DNA of 33,624 bases from a virus (Duplodnaviria > Heunggongvirae > Uroviricota > Caudoviricetes), in the IMG/VR virus record IMGVR_UViG_2531839474_000013, positions 1 to 33,624 of that record; one strand, 5' to 3'. Positions 26,869 to 33,624 of this stretch are shown here, in pieces. Each line of letters begins with the position of its first letter. Within the stretch, counting starts at the first letter, position 1. Position numbers and translations under genes: made by a program. The notes beneath the pieces were generated by a model. That model had not been told where the DNA came from, searched no databases, and worked only from the letters and a program-made list of their open reading frames with translations.

Positions 26869-27279
26869 ATGAGTAAAATAAACCATCCAATATTTGCTGA
26901 GAGAGTTCGGCAAGCAATGAGCGAACATGGCTGGTCGTTAGCCGGTCTGGCTAAAAAGGTTATGCTGTCCCATACCGCTGTGCGTAAGTGGGCAACAGGA
27001 GAAACCATTGCCAGCGGAGAAAGATTAAAAAGACTTGCCGCGGTAACAGGAAAACCAGAACATTGGTTTTTTATGCCGCTAAATGAACATTCAAAGGAAG
27101 AAGATGCACCACCACTAATCCAGCTTGACGACAAAGAAAAGGCGCTATTGTCCCTTTTTAATCAGTTGCCAGAAACGGAAAAGCTGAGACTAATCATGCA
27201 CACAAAAAGCATTCTTCATGAAATGGATCTTCTAAAAAACGATGTATACGACATAATCAATGATATTCAAAAACAATAA
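26869..27279 (+). CDS. prophage repressor, HTH-XRE, RacR/DicA-like (no S24 peptidase domain)
   Basis: 136 aa; N-terminal HTH; C-terminal EKALLSLFNQLPETEK resembles DicA; divergent from the Cro-like gene. Confidence 0.8.
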   Translation: MSKINHPIFAERVRQAMSEHGWSLAGLAKKVMLSHTAVRKWATGETIASGERLKRLAAVTGKPEHWFFMPLNEHSKEEDAPPLIQLDDKEKALLSLFNQLPETEKLRLIMHTKSILHEMDLLKNDVYDIINDIQKQ

Positions 27280-27286
27280 GTTACAT

Positions 27287-27316
27287 GAAAAAAGCGCCTC
27301 CCTGGCGCTTTTTTTA
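27287..27316. terminator. bidirectional intrinsic terminator after the repressor gene
   Basis: AAAAAAGCGCCTCCCTGGCGCTTTTTTT. Confidence 0.65.
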
Positions 27317-27350
27317 TCCTCACAAATAAAACTTTATGTTCCATTGCCTA

Positions 27351-27379
27351 TTGACCAATAAAACCAATAGTTTTACCAT
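27351..27379 (+). promoter_or_regulatory. candidate repressor-controlled promoter with a third operator copy
   Basis: TTGACC, 17 nt, TACCAT; the spacer contains AAAACCAATAGTTTT (27360..27374), a 14/15 match to the operator at 26818..26832. Confidence 0.35.
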
Positions 27380-27596
27380 TCATTCCATCAACAACGAACC
27401 GCATCGTTGTCAGGCTAAAGTTCCGCTACCCCGGCGTTAAGGGGAAACAGAGGATTTCTCAGTGGGCGAAGTCAAACATCAGAATGGAAGGCATCAAGGG
27501 ATCAGCAAAGAAACAGCGATGGCGCTTTATATTGATATCAGCGCCATTGCCGGACAGGTAAGAGTTATCAGAGCGGTAACTAAGCGGTATGCGCCT

Positions 27597-27797
27597 TTAC
27601 TTCAGAAAGTCTCTGGTGAGTGCACCGAAGATATTGTCAACGATTTCGTCATCGAACTGCGAGGACTCATCTTCAGTTACAAGGTGACCACAATTTTTGC
27701 AGATGGTTCCCGCGAAACTGTCAGAGCCATGCGGTTTAAAGGATGTGTCAAAGACTTCGCCGCCACATTCTGGGCAAGAAAACTTGATTGTATTCAT
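27597..27797 (-). CDS. hypothetical zinc-ribbon protein (66 aa)
   Basis: CPECGG...CKNCG pair with acidic C-terminus; ATG 27797 with AGAGGAAA 7 nt upstream. A 118-aa plus-strand ORF overlaps it completely, so the assignment is uncertain. Confidence 0.45.
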   Translation of the reverse strand: MNTIKFSCPECGGEVFDTSFKPHGSDSFAGTICKNCGHLVTEDESSQFDDEIVDNIFGALTRDFLK

Positions 27798-27889
27798 AAC
27801 CAATTTCCTCTCGAGTAACAGATCCCTCAGAGGATACCACCTCGCCTGACGTGGTTAAAAGCAGGCAACGCTAACCACAAGGAGCCGAC

Positions 27890-28108
27890 ATGCAGAAACG
27901 AGAACCCGTCATCATCGCGCCAGACTATACCGATGATGAACTTTATGAGTGGATGCACCAGAAAATTAAGGCAGCGCAGGACCTGAAATGGGCCAATGAA
28001 GCCAGGGCTAAGCAGGCTGAAAATCTGTCCGCTCTGGAGCAGGATATCACCAGGCTGGAAAAAGCAGCGGCATTAAGCATTGCCAGAATGATTACATACC
28101 CGCGTTAA
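27890..28108 (+). CDS. hypothetical protein (72 aa)
   Basis: ATG with AAGGAG 6 nt upstream; helical, charged sequence. Confidence 0.5.
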   Translation: MQKREPVIIAPDYTDDELYEWMHQKIKAAQDLKWANEARAKQAENLSALEQDITRLEKAAALSIARMITYPR

Positions 28109-28130
28109 TAGCTAACCAACGAGGCTAATA

Positions 28131-28460
28131 ATGGAATTTAAAGATTTACCAATGCAATTCCAGGAAATGGCAGCGAATATAGTTCGTTCCCAACTGGCGA
28201 CTCTTGACCTGAGTACCGTAGAAAAAGAAACCATCGATACTATATCCGGTAACGTGCGTCGTGCCTTTATCGGTCTGTACGAAGAGAAGCAGCTCTCTGA
28301 TAACCAGGATTTACATGAAAAATACTTCCTGGATCTAATGGACATCATTAATAAGGGGTTTGGCTTGTTAATGGAAAAGAAAGGGATTCGGATAGAACCC
28401 CTTGAAAATTGCTTCGTAACAAGAAGCATCAATTCTTTTGATTCAAAACAAGAGAATTAA
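28131..28460 (+). CDS. hypothetical protein (109 aa)
   Basis: ATG with GAGG upstream; 3' end overlaps the convergent ORF by 32 nt. Confidence 0.45.
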   Translation: MEFKDLPMQFQEMAANIVRSQLATLDLSTVEKETIDTISGNVRRAFIGLYEEKQLSDNQDLHEKYFLDLMDIINKGFGLLMEKKGIRIEPLENCFVTRSINSFDSKQEN

Positions 28461-28704
28461 TTACAGATTTAACATGCTCTTTCTCATGATTGAAGCTCTC
28501 AGGGTTGAAAGTGCCCGGCTGAAGCGAGTCGATATAATCAACGAGATTCTTTCGTACCGTTTCATCTTTATTCATGGCAGATGCAAGGTATGAAATTGCT
28601 AACAATGTTATATCACTACGCGCCGCAGCATGCTGTAGTGTTTTATCAAAATCATTAATTTTCCGTATAAGAGAGTTAAGAGTTTCATTGACATCAAACC
28701 CCAT
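28429..28704 (-). CDS. hypothetical helical protein (91 aa)
   Basis: Start placed at ATG 28704 (AGGAGG 5-6 nt upstream). The track's 202-aa form starts at TTG and reads through the GC-rich structured region. Confidence 0.5.
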   Translation of the reverse strand: MGFDVNETLNSLIRKINDFDKTLQHAAARSDITLLAISYLASAMNKDETVRKNLVDYIDSLQPGTFNPESFNHEKEHVKSVINSLVLNQKN

Positions 28705-29265
28705 TTCATCCTCCTGAGGGTTAGTAATTAAGGAGTTCTCCACGGGTGAGGTGGAGTGCGTGCGCCGGACACGGGTGAGCATCCGGCACTGACAGTTTAC
28801 TGAAAGGATATCTCCCTGAAAAGTCAGGGCATAACGCGAAAGCGCACGGCGAAGTTGTTGGTTCATAGATAGCCTGTCGTTAAATTTTCGTCGACCGTGC
28901 GCTTCCGGTTGTGGCACTCCGCGAAATGGCGCGGCGGTAAGTATGGCGGGGTTATTCCTTCCCCGTTGAGGACACCGGGTTGTCAGGTTGACCATACGCT
29001 TAAGTGACAACCCCGCTGCAACGCCCTCTGTTATCAATTTTCTGGTGACGTTTGGCGGTATCAGTTTTACTCCGTGACTGCTCTGCCGCCCTTTTTAAAG
29101 TGAATTTTGTGATGCGGTGAATGCGGCTAAGCGCACGAGGAACAGTTAAAACCAAAAACAGTGTTATGGGTGGATTCTCTGTATCCGGCGTTAATTGTTA
29201 ACTGGTTAACGTCACCTGGAGGCACCAGGCACTGCATCACAAAATTCATTGTTGAGGACGCGATA

Positions 29266-29454
29266 ATGGAAACGTTATTACCAAACGTTAATACGTCTGA
29301 AGGTTGTTTTGAAATTGGTGTCACTATCAGTAACCTTGTATTTACTGAAGATGCCATTAACAAGAGAAAACACGAACGGGAGTTATTAAATAAAATATGC
29401 ATTCTTTCAATGCTGGCCCGTTTACGTCCGATACAAAAAGGATGCTGGCAATGA
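29266..29454 (+). CDS. hypothetical small protein (62 aa)
   Basis: ATG 29266 with GAGG upstream; stop overlaps the next start (ATGA). Confidence 0.4.
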   Translation: METLLPNVNTSEGCFEIGVTISNLVFTEDAINKRKHERELLNKICILSMLARLRPIQKGCWQ

Positions 29455-29642
29455 ATACAGCATTTGCACTTGTTCTGACATTTTTTCTTGTTTCCGAAGA
29501 GCCAGTTGATATTGCAGTCAGTGTTCACAGGACAATGCAGGAGTGTGTGACTGCAGCAACCGAACAGAAAATTCCCGGTAACTGTTACCCGGTCGATAAA
29601 GTTATTCACCAGGATAATAACGAAATCCCGGCAGGTCTTTAA
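29451..29642 (+). CDS. hypothetical small protein with N-terminal hydrophobic segment (63 aa)
   Basis: MNTAFALVLTFFLVSEEP...; AAGGA upstream; coupled to the preceding ORF. Confidence 0.4.
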   Translation: MNTAFALVLTFFLVSEEPVDIAVSVHRTMQECVTAATEQKIPGNCYPVDKVIHQDNNEIPAGL

Positions 29643-29734
29643 AACAGTTCCGTAATAAACATCCGATTTCATTCTTATATGCCAGAAATGGCAGGGATTT
29701 GTTCACCCTTAAATCTGTAATGAGGTAAAACAAA

Positions 29735-32206
29735 ATGAGTAAAGTCTTTATTTGCGCCGCCATTCCGGACGAACAGGCAATAAAGGAAGAAGGTGCAGTC
29801 GCTGTAGCCACTGCCATTGAAGCCGGTGATGAACGTCGCGCCCGCGCAAAATTTCACTGGCAATTCCTGGAACATTATCCGGCTGCTCAGGACTGCGCTT
29901 ATAAATTTATTATCTGCGAGGATAAACCTGGCATACCCCGCCCTGCCCTCGATTCATGGGATGCTGAATATATGCAGGAAAACCGCTGGGATGAGGATTC
30001 TGCTTCTTTTGTCCCGGTTGAGACTGAATCCGATCTGATGAACGTCACTTTTGACAAGCTGGCCCCTGAAGTACAGAACGCTGTCATGGTTAAGTTCGAC
30101 ACATGTGAAAACATCACCGTTGATATGGTGATTAGCGCGCAGGAATTGTTGCAGGAAGACATGGCAACATTCGACGGACATATCGTTGAAGCGTTGATGA
30201 AAATGCCAGAAGTTAACGCCATGTATCCGGAGCTTAAGCTGCATGCCATCGGGTGGGTTAAGCATAAATGTAAGCCTGGTGCCAAATGGCCCGAAATTCA
30301 GGCAGAGATGCGCATCTGGAAAAAACGTCGCGAAGGTGAACGCAAGGAAACCGGAAAATACACGTCTGTTGTTGATCTCGCCCGCGCCAGAGCCAATCAA
30401 CAGAACACTGAAAATTCAACAGGAAAAATCAGCCCGGTCATTGCTGCCACTCATCGCGAATACAAGCAGACATGGAAAACACTGGATGACGAACTGGCCT
30501 ACGCTCTCTGGCCTGGTGATGTGGATGCCGGAAACATTGACGGCAGCATCCATCGCTGGGCAAAAAATGAAGTTATCGACAACGACCGCGAAGACTGGAA
30601 GCGTATCTCGGCATCAATGCGCAAACAGCCTGATGCCCTTCGCTACGACCGCCAGACTATTTTTGGCCTTGTCCGTGAACGTCCGATCGACATTCACAAA
30701 GACCCCATAGCACTGAACAAATACATCACCGAATACCTGACGACAAAGGGCGTGTTTGAAAATGAAGAAACAAACCAGAGCACAACTGATACTCTCCAGT
30801 CACCAGAAACACAAACTGATGCAGTGGAAACGGAAATACCGGACAACCAAAAAAACGAAACCAAACCGGAAGCCGAACCATCTGTAGAGCGTGAAGGGCC
30901 GTTCTACTTCCTCTCCACAGACAAGGACAGAGAAAAATACGGTCGCGCAAACAAACTTTCTGGTCTGGATAAGGCACTGGCTGCAGGCGCCACTGAAATC
31001 ACAAAAGAAGAATATTTCGCCCGAAAAAACGGCACATACACAGGCTCACAACAAAATACAGATACAGCTGAAAAGACAGAACAACCAGAGCCGATAAAAG
31101 TTACCGCTGACGAAGTAAACAAAATTATGCAGGCAGCCAATATCAGCCAGCCTGACGCCGATAAGTTGCTTGCTGCATCACGTGGTGAATTTATTGAAGG
31201 GATTAGCGACCCGAATGATCCGAAATGGATTAAGGGGATCCAGACCCGCGATACTGTGAACCAGAACCAGCAAGAAACGGAACAGAACGACCAAAAAGCG
31301 GAACAAAACAGCCCAAATACGCAACAAAACGAGCCAGAAACGAAACAACCTGAACCAGTAGTGCAACAGGAACCGGAAAAAATCTGCACCGCCTGCGGTC
31401 AGACCGGCGGCGGCAACTGCCCTGATTGTGGCGCGGTGATGGGCGACGCAACATACCAGGAAACATTCGATGAAGAGAATCAGCCTGAAGTTCAGGAAAA
31501 TGATCCGGAGGAAATGGAAGGCACTGAACATCAACACAAGGAGAACACTGGCGGCAATCAGCATCACAATAGCGATAATGAAACTGGCGAGACGGCAGAT
31601 CACTCAATTAAGGCGAACGGTCATCAAAAAATCACATCCACCAGCAGAACGGGGAACCATCTAATGATCGACCTTGAAACCATGGGAAAAAATCCCGATG
31701 CCCCGATCATCTCAATAGGTGCAATATTTTTCGATCCGCAAACCGGAGATATGGGACCGGAATTTAGTAAGACTATCGATCTGGAAACTGCTGGCGGAGT
31801 CATTGATCGGGACACCATTAAATGGTGGCTTAAGCAATCACGCGAAGCGCAATCTGCCATTATGACCGATGAAATCCCGTTAGATGATGCACTGTTACAA
31901 TTGCGGGAATTTATCGACGAAAACTCCGGTGAATTTTTTGTTCAGGTCTGGGGAAATGGAGCCAACTTCGACAACACGATTTTGCGCCGTTCATACGAAC
32001 GGCAGGGGATCCCCTGCCCGTGGCGTTACTACAACGATCGCGATGTACGCACAATCGTTGAGCTGGGGAAAGCCATAGACTTCGATGCCAGAACGGCTAT
32101 TCCATTCGAAGGTGAGCGCCATAATGCACTTGATGACGCCCGTTACCAGGCAAAATACGTTTCAGTTATCTGGCAAAAACTGATCCCGAGTCAGGCTGAT
32201 TTTTAA
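29735..32206 (+). CDS. large phage exonuclease: N-terminal region of unknown function, low-complexity linker with C4 zinc ribbon, C-terminal DEDDh 3'-5' exonuclease domain
   Basis: 823 aa. C-terminal motifs IDLETMG (Exo I), [12 protein letters not shown] (Exo II), HNALDDARY (Exo III). Linker is Q/E/N/T-rich with [16 protein letters not shown]. Lies in the exo position upstream of xis and int. Confidence 0.8.
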   Translation: MSKVFICAAIPDEQAIKEEGAVAVATAIEAGDERRARAKFHWQFLEHYPAAQDCAYKFIICEDKPGIPRPALDSWDAEYMQENRWDEDSASFVPVETESDLMNVTFDKLAPEVQNAVMVKFDTCENITVDMVISAQELLQEDMATFDGHIVEALMKMPEVNAMYPELKLHAIGWVKHKCKPGAKWPEIQAEMRIWKKRREGERKETGKYTSVVDLARARANQQNTENSTGKISPVIAATHREYKQTWKTLDDELAYALWPGDVDAGNIDGSIHRWAKNEVIDNDREDWKRISASMRKQPDALRYDRQTIFGLVRERPIDIHKDPIALNKYITEYLTTKGVFENEETNQSTTDTLQSPETQTDAVETEIPDNQKNETKPEAEPSVEREGPFYFLSTDKDREKYGRANKLSGLDKALAAGATEITKEEYFARKNGTYTGSQQNTDTAEKTEQPEPIKVTADEVNKIMQAANISQPDADKLLAASRGEFIEGISDPNDPKWIKGIQTRDTVNQNQQETEQNDQKAEQNSPNTQQNEPETKQPEPVVQQEPEKICTACGQTGGGNCPDCGAVMGDATYQETFDEENQPEVQENDPEEMEGTEHQHKENTGGNQHHNSDNETGETADHSIKANGHQKITSTSRTGNHLMIDLETMGKNPDAPIISIGAIFFDPQTGDMGPEFSKTIDLETAGGVIDRDTIKWWLKQSREAQSAIMTDEIPLDDALLQLREFIDENSGEFFVQVWGNGANFDNTILRRSYERQGIPCPWRYYNDRDVRTIVELGKAIDFDARTAIPFEGERHNALDDARYQAKYVSVIWQKLIPSQADF

Positions 32207-32267
32207 TGTTCAACCGTCGCCAGTTGTCGTTGATATTCTGCAACTGGCGCGTTCCGGAGTGATAGCC

Positions 32268-32537
32268 ATGAGCGAACAGTACCTGATAACGCTCGACGAG
32301 TGGAAACCAAAACGGTTCAGTCTCCCAATAACAAACACTACCCTGGTGAAATACGGAAAACTAGGATACATCGTTCCAAGGCCACAAAAAATTCGTGGGC
32401 GTTGGCTGATAGATCGCCGAGCAGTATTTGTTGGGCCTGGTGAAACGGGAATTGCGCCGGAAATTCATACTGGCGATGATGATGCACTGAAGGAGATTTT
32501 AACTCATGTCACCGAGGCCACGAAAAAACAGCACTGA
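32268..32537 (+). CDS. xis: excisionase-like protein
   Basis: Begins MSEQYLITLDEW, similar to lambda Xis MYLTLQEW; immediately upstream of and overlapping int; GGAGTGA ribosome-binding site. Confidence 0.65.
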   Translation: MSEQYLITLDEWKPKRFSLPITNTTLVKYGKLGYIVPRPQKIRGRWLIDRRAVFVGPGETGIAPEIHTGDDDALKEILTHVTEATKKQH

Positions 32538-33624
32538 CGTAGCCGGTCTTTACGAAAAGTTTGATCGCAGAACTGGCAGAGTTTACTACCAGTATAAAAA
32601 TCCTGTGACTGGAAAATTTCACGGACTCGGAACAGACAAAGGTAAGGCAGAAAAAATCGCTTCCACAGCCAATCAGCGAATAGCTGCAGCAGAAGCTGAA
32701 TATTTCATGCGCAAAATTGATGAAAGTCCGTCAGCAACAAAACGTCGGGGTATCAGATTAAAGGCATGGGTTGATCGATATCTGAAAATACAGGACACAC
32801 GACTGAAAAATGGAGATATTGCAGCTACAACTCACAAAGAAAAAACTCGAATGGCTGCATACCTGGTTTCCCGTCTGGGAAACCACCCATTGAAAGAACT
32901 GGAAGTAAGAGACTTTGCATTAATACTGGATGAGTGGCTGGATAAAGACATGGTCAGCACAGCGAGAGTAAATCGTGGATTATGGGTTGATATTTATAAA
33001 GAAGCACAGCATGCAGGGGAAGTTCCTCCTGGATGGAATCCTCCGGAGGCTACCCGTAAACCGATCCCTAAAGTAACCAGAGCCAGGCTCACCATGGAAG
33101 ACTGGCAAAAAATTTACAATGCAACGCCTGAAAAACACTTTATCCGTAACGCAATGCTTCTTGCGATTGTTACTGGTCAGCGCCGTGATGACATTTGCCA
33201 CATGCGTTTTTCAGATGTGTGGAACGAACACTTGCATATCACCCAGGGAAAAACCGGAATGCGTCTGGCGTTACCGCTTACACTACGCTGTGATGCCATT
33301 GGGATAACGTTAAAAGAAGTTATTGATGGGTGCCGAGACAGAATATTAAGTCCATATCTAATCCATAGTCGGCACCAGAAACAACCGAAGCCGATGAGTA
33401 AAGACAACCTGAGCGACTACTTTGCCAAAGCACGGGATCTGGCTGGGATAATTCCACCAGCAGGAAAAACTCCGCCAACATTTCATGAACAACGCTCTCT
33501 ATCAGAACGGCTGTACCGTGCACAGGGTATCGATACAAAAACATTACTAGGACATAAAGTCCAGGCAACCACCGATCGCTATAACGATACTCGAGGTCAG
33601 GAATGGGTTAAGTTGGTTATTTGA
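32506..33624 (+). CDS. int: tyrosine integrase, lambda Int family
   Basis: 372 aa; C-terminal HEQRSLSERLY...LLGHK...DRYNDTRGQEW matches the lambda Int catalytic region; AAGGAGA upstream; stop at 33622..33624, so the attachment site should lie just beyond the window. Confidence 0.9.
   Translation: MSPRPRKNSTDVAGLYEKFDRRTGRVYYQYKNPVTGKFHGLGTDKGKAEKIASTANQRIAAAEAEYFMRKIDESPSATKRRGIRLKAWVDRYLKIQDTRLKNGDIAATTHKEKTRMAAYLVSRLGNHPLKELEVRDFALILDEWLDKDMVSTARVNRGLWVDIYKEAQHAGEVPPGWNPPEATRKPIPKVTRARLTMEDWQKIYNATPEKHFIRNAMLLAIVTGQRRDDICHMRFSDVWNEHLHITQGKTGMRLALPLTLRCDAIGITLKEVIDGCRDRILSPYLIHSRHQKQPKPMSKDNLSDYFAKARDLAGIIPPAGKTPPTFHEQRSLSERLYRAQGIDTKTLLGHKVQATTDRYNDTRGQEWVKLVI

Noticed and set aside
27462-27818. 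118-aa plus-strand ORF overlapping the zinc-ribbon ORF
   Set aside because: No convincing ribosome-binding site or motif; the antisense ORF has two CxxC pairs and a strong ribosome-binding site. Not fully excluded.
28705-29037. N-terminal 111 codons of the 202-aa minus-strand ORF
   Set aside because: Needs a TTG start and gives an Arg-rich low-complexity peptide across a hairpin-rich GC-rich region; a strong ribosome-binding site precedes the internal ATG at 28704.
28705-29265. Retron or tRNA-like element in the structured region
   Set aside because: No reverse transcriptase gene nearby and no tRNA cloverleaf or T-loop consensus found; kept only as a generic candidate non-coding RNA.
29127-29672. 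181-aa Cys-rich minus-strand ORF
   Set aside because: Antisense to two coupled small plus-strand ORFs; low-complexity composition typical of a shadow frame.
30904-31607. Minus-strand ORFs of 161, 141 and 125 aa
   Set aside because: Antisense to the low-complexity linker of the exonuclease gene, where shadow ORFs are expected.

Overview
The window is almost entirely one lambdoid prophage, probably in an E. coli/Shigella-type host (inferred from lambda-like proteins and an IS629-like element). Structural, lysis, replication and early genes are on the minus strand; integration genes are on the plus strand at the right end. Left to right: partial minor tail L, M, tape measure, a lipoprotein moron, G/T chaperones with a -1 frameshift site, major tail, head-tail joining proteins, HK97-family capsid, protease and portal, terminase large and small subunits, HNH endonuclease, a lambda-like lysis cassette (Rz/Rz1, endolysin R, holin), an orphan DNA methyltransferase, a Q-like late regulator, RusA, DUF968, a plus-strand HigB-2/HigA-2-type toxin-antitoxin pair, an IS3-family insertion that splits a small zinc-ribbon gene, a replication initiator with internal iterons, a Rac-like immunity region (RacR/DicA-like repressor, YdaS-like, YdaT-like), an ORF-poor structured region, an 823-aa exonuclease, excisionase and integrase. 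No tRNA, rRNA or CRISPR array was found. The most unusual items are the reconstructable IS insertion, the TA module, the lipoprotein moron, the ORF-free structured region and the exonuclease architecture. All family assignments are from reading the translations and from memory of reference proteins; no database search was run.
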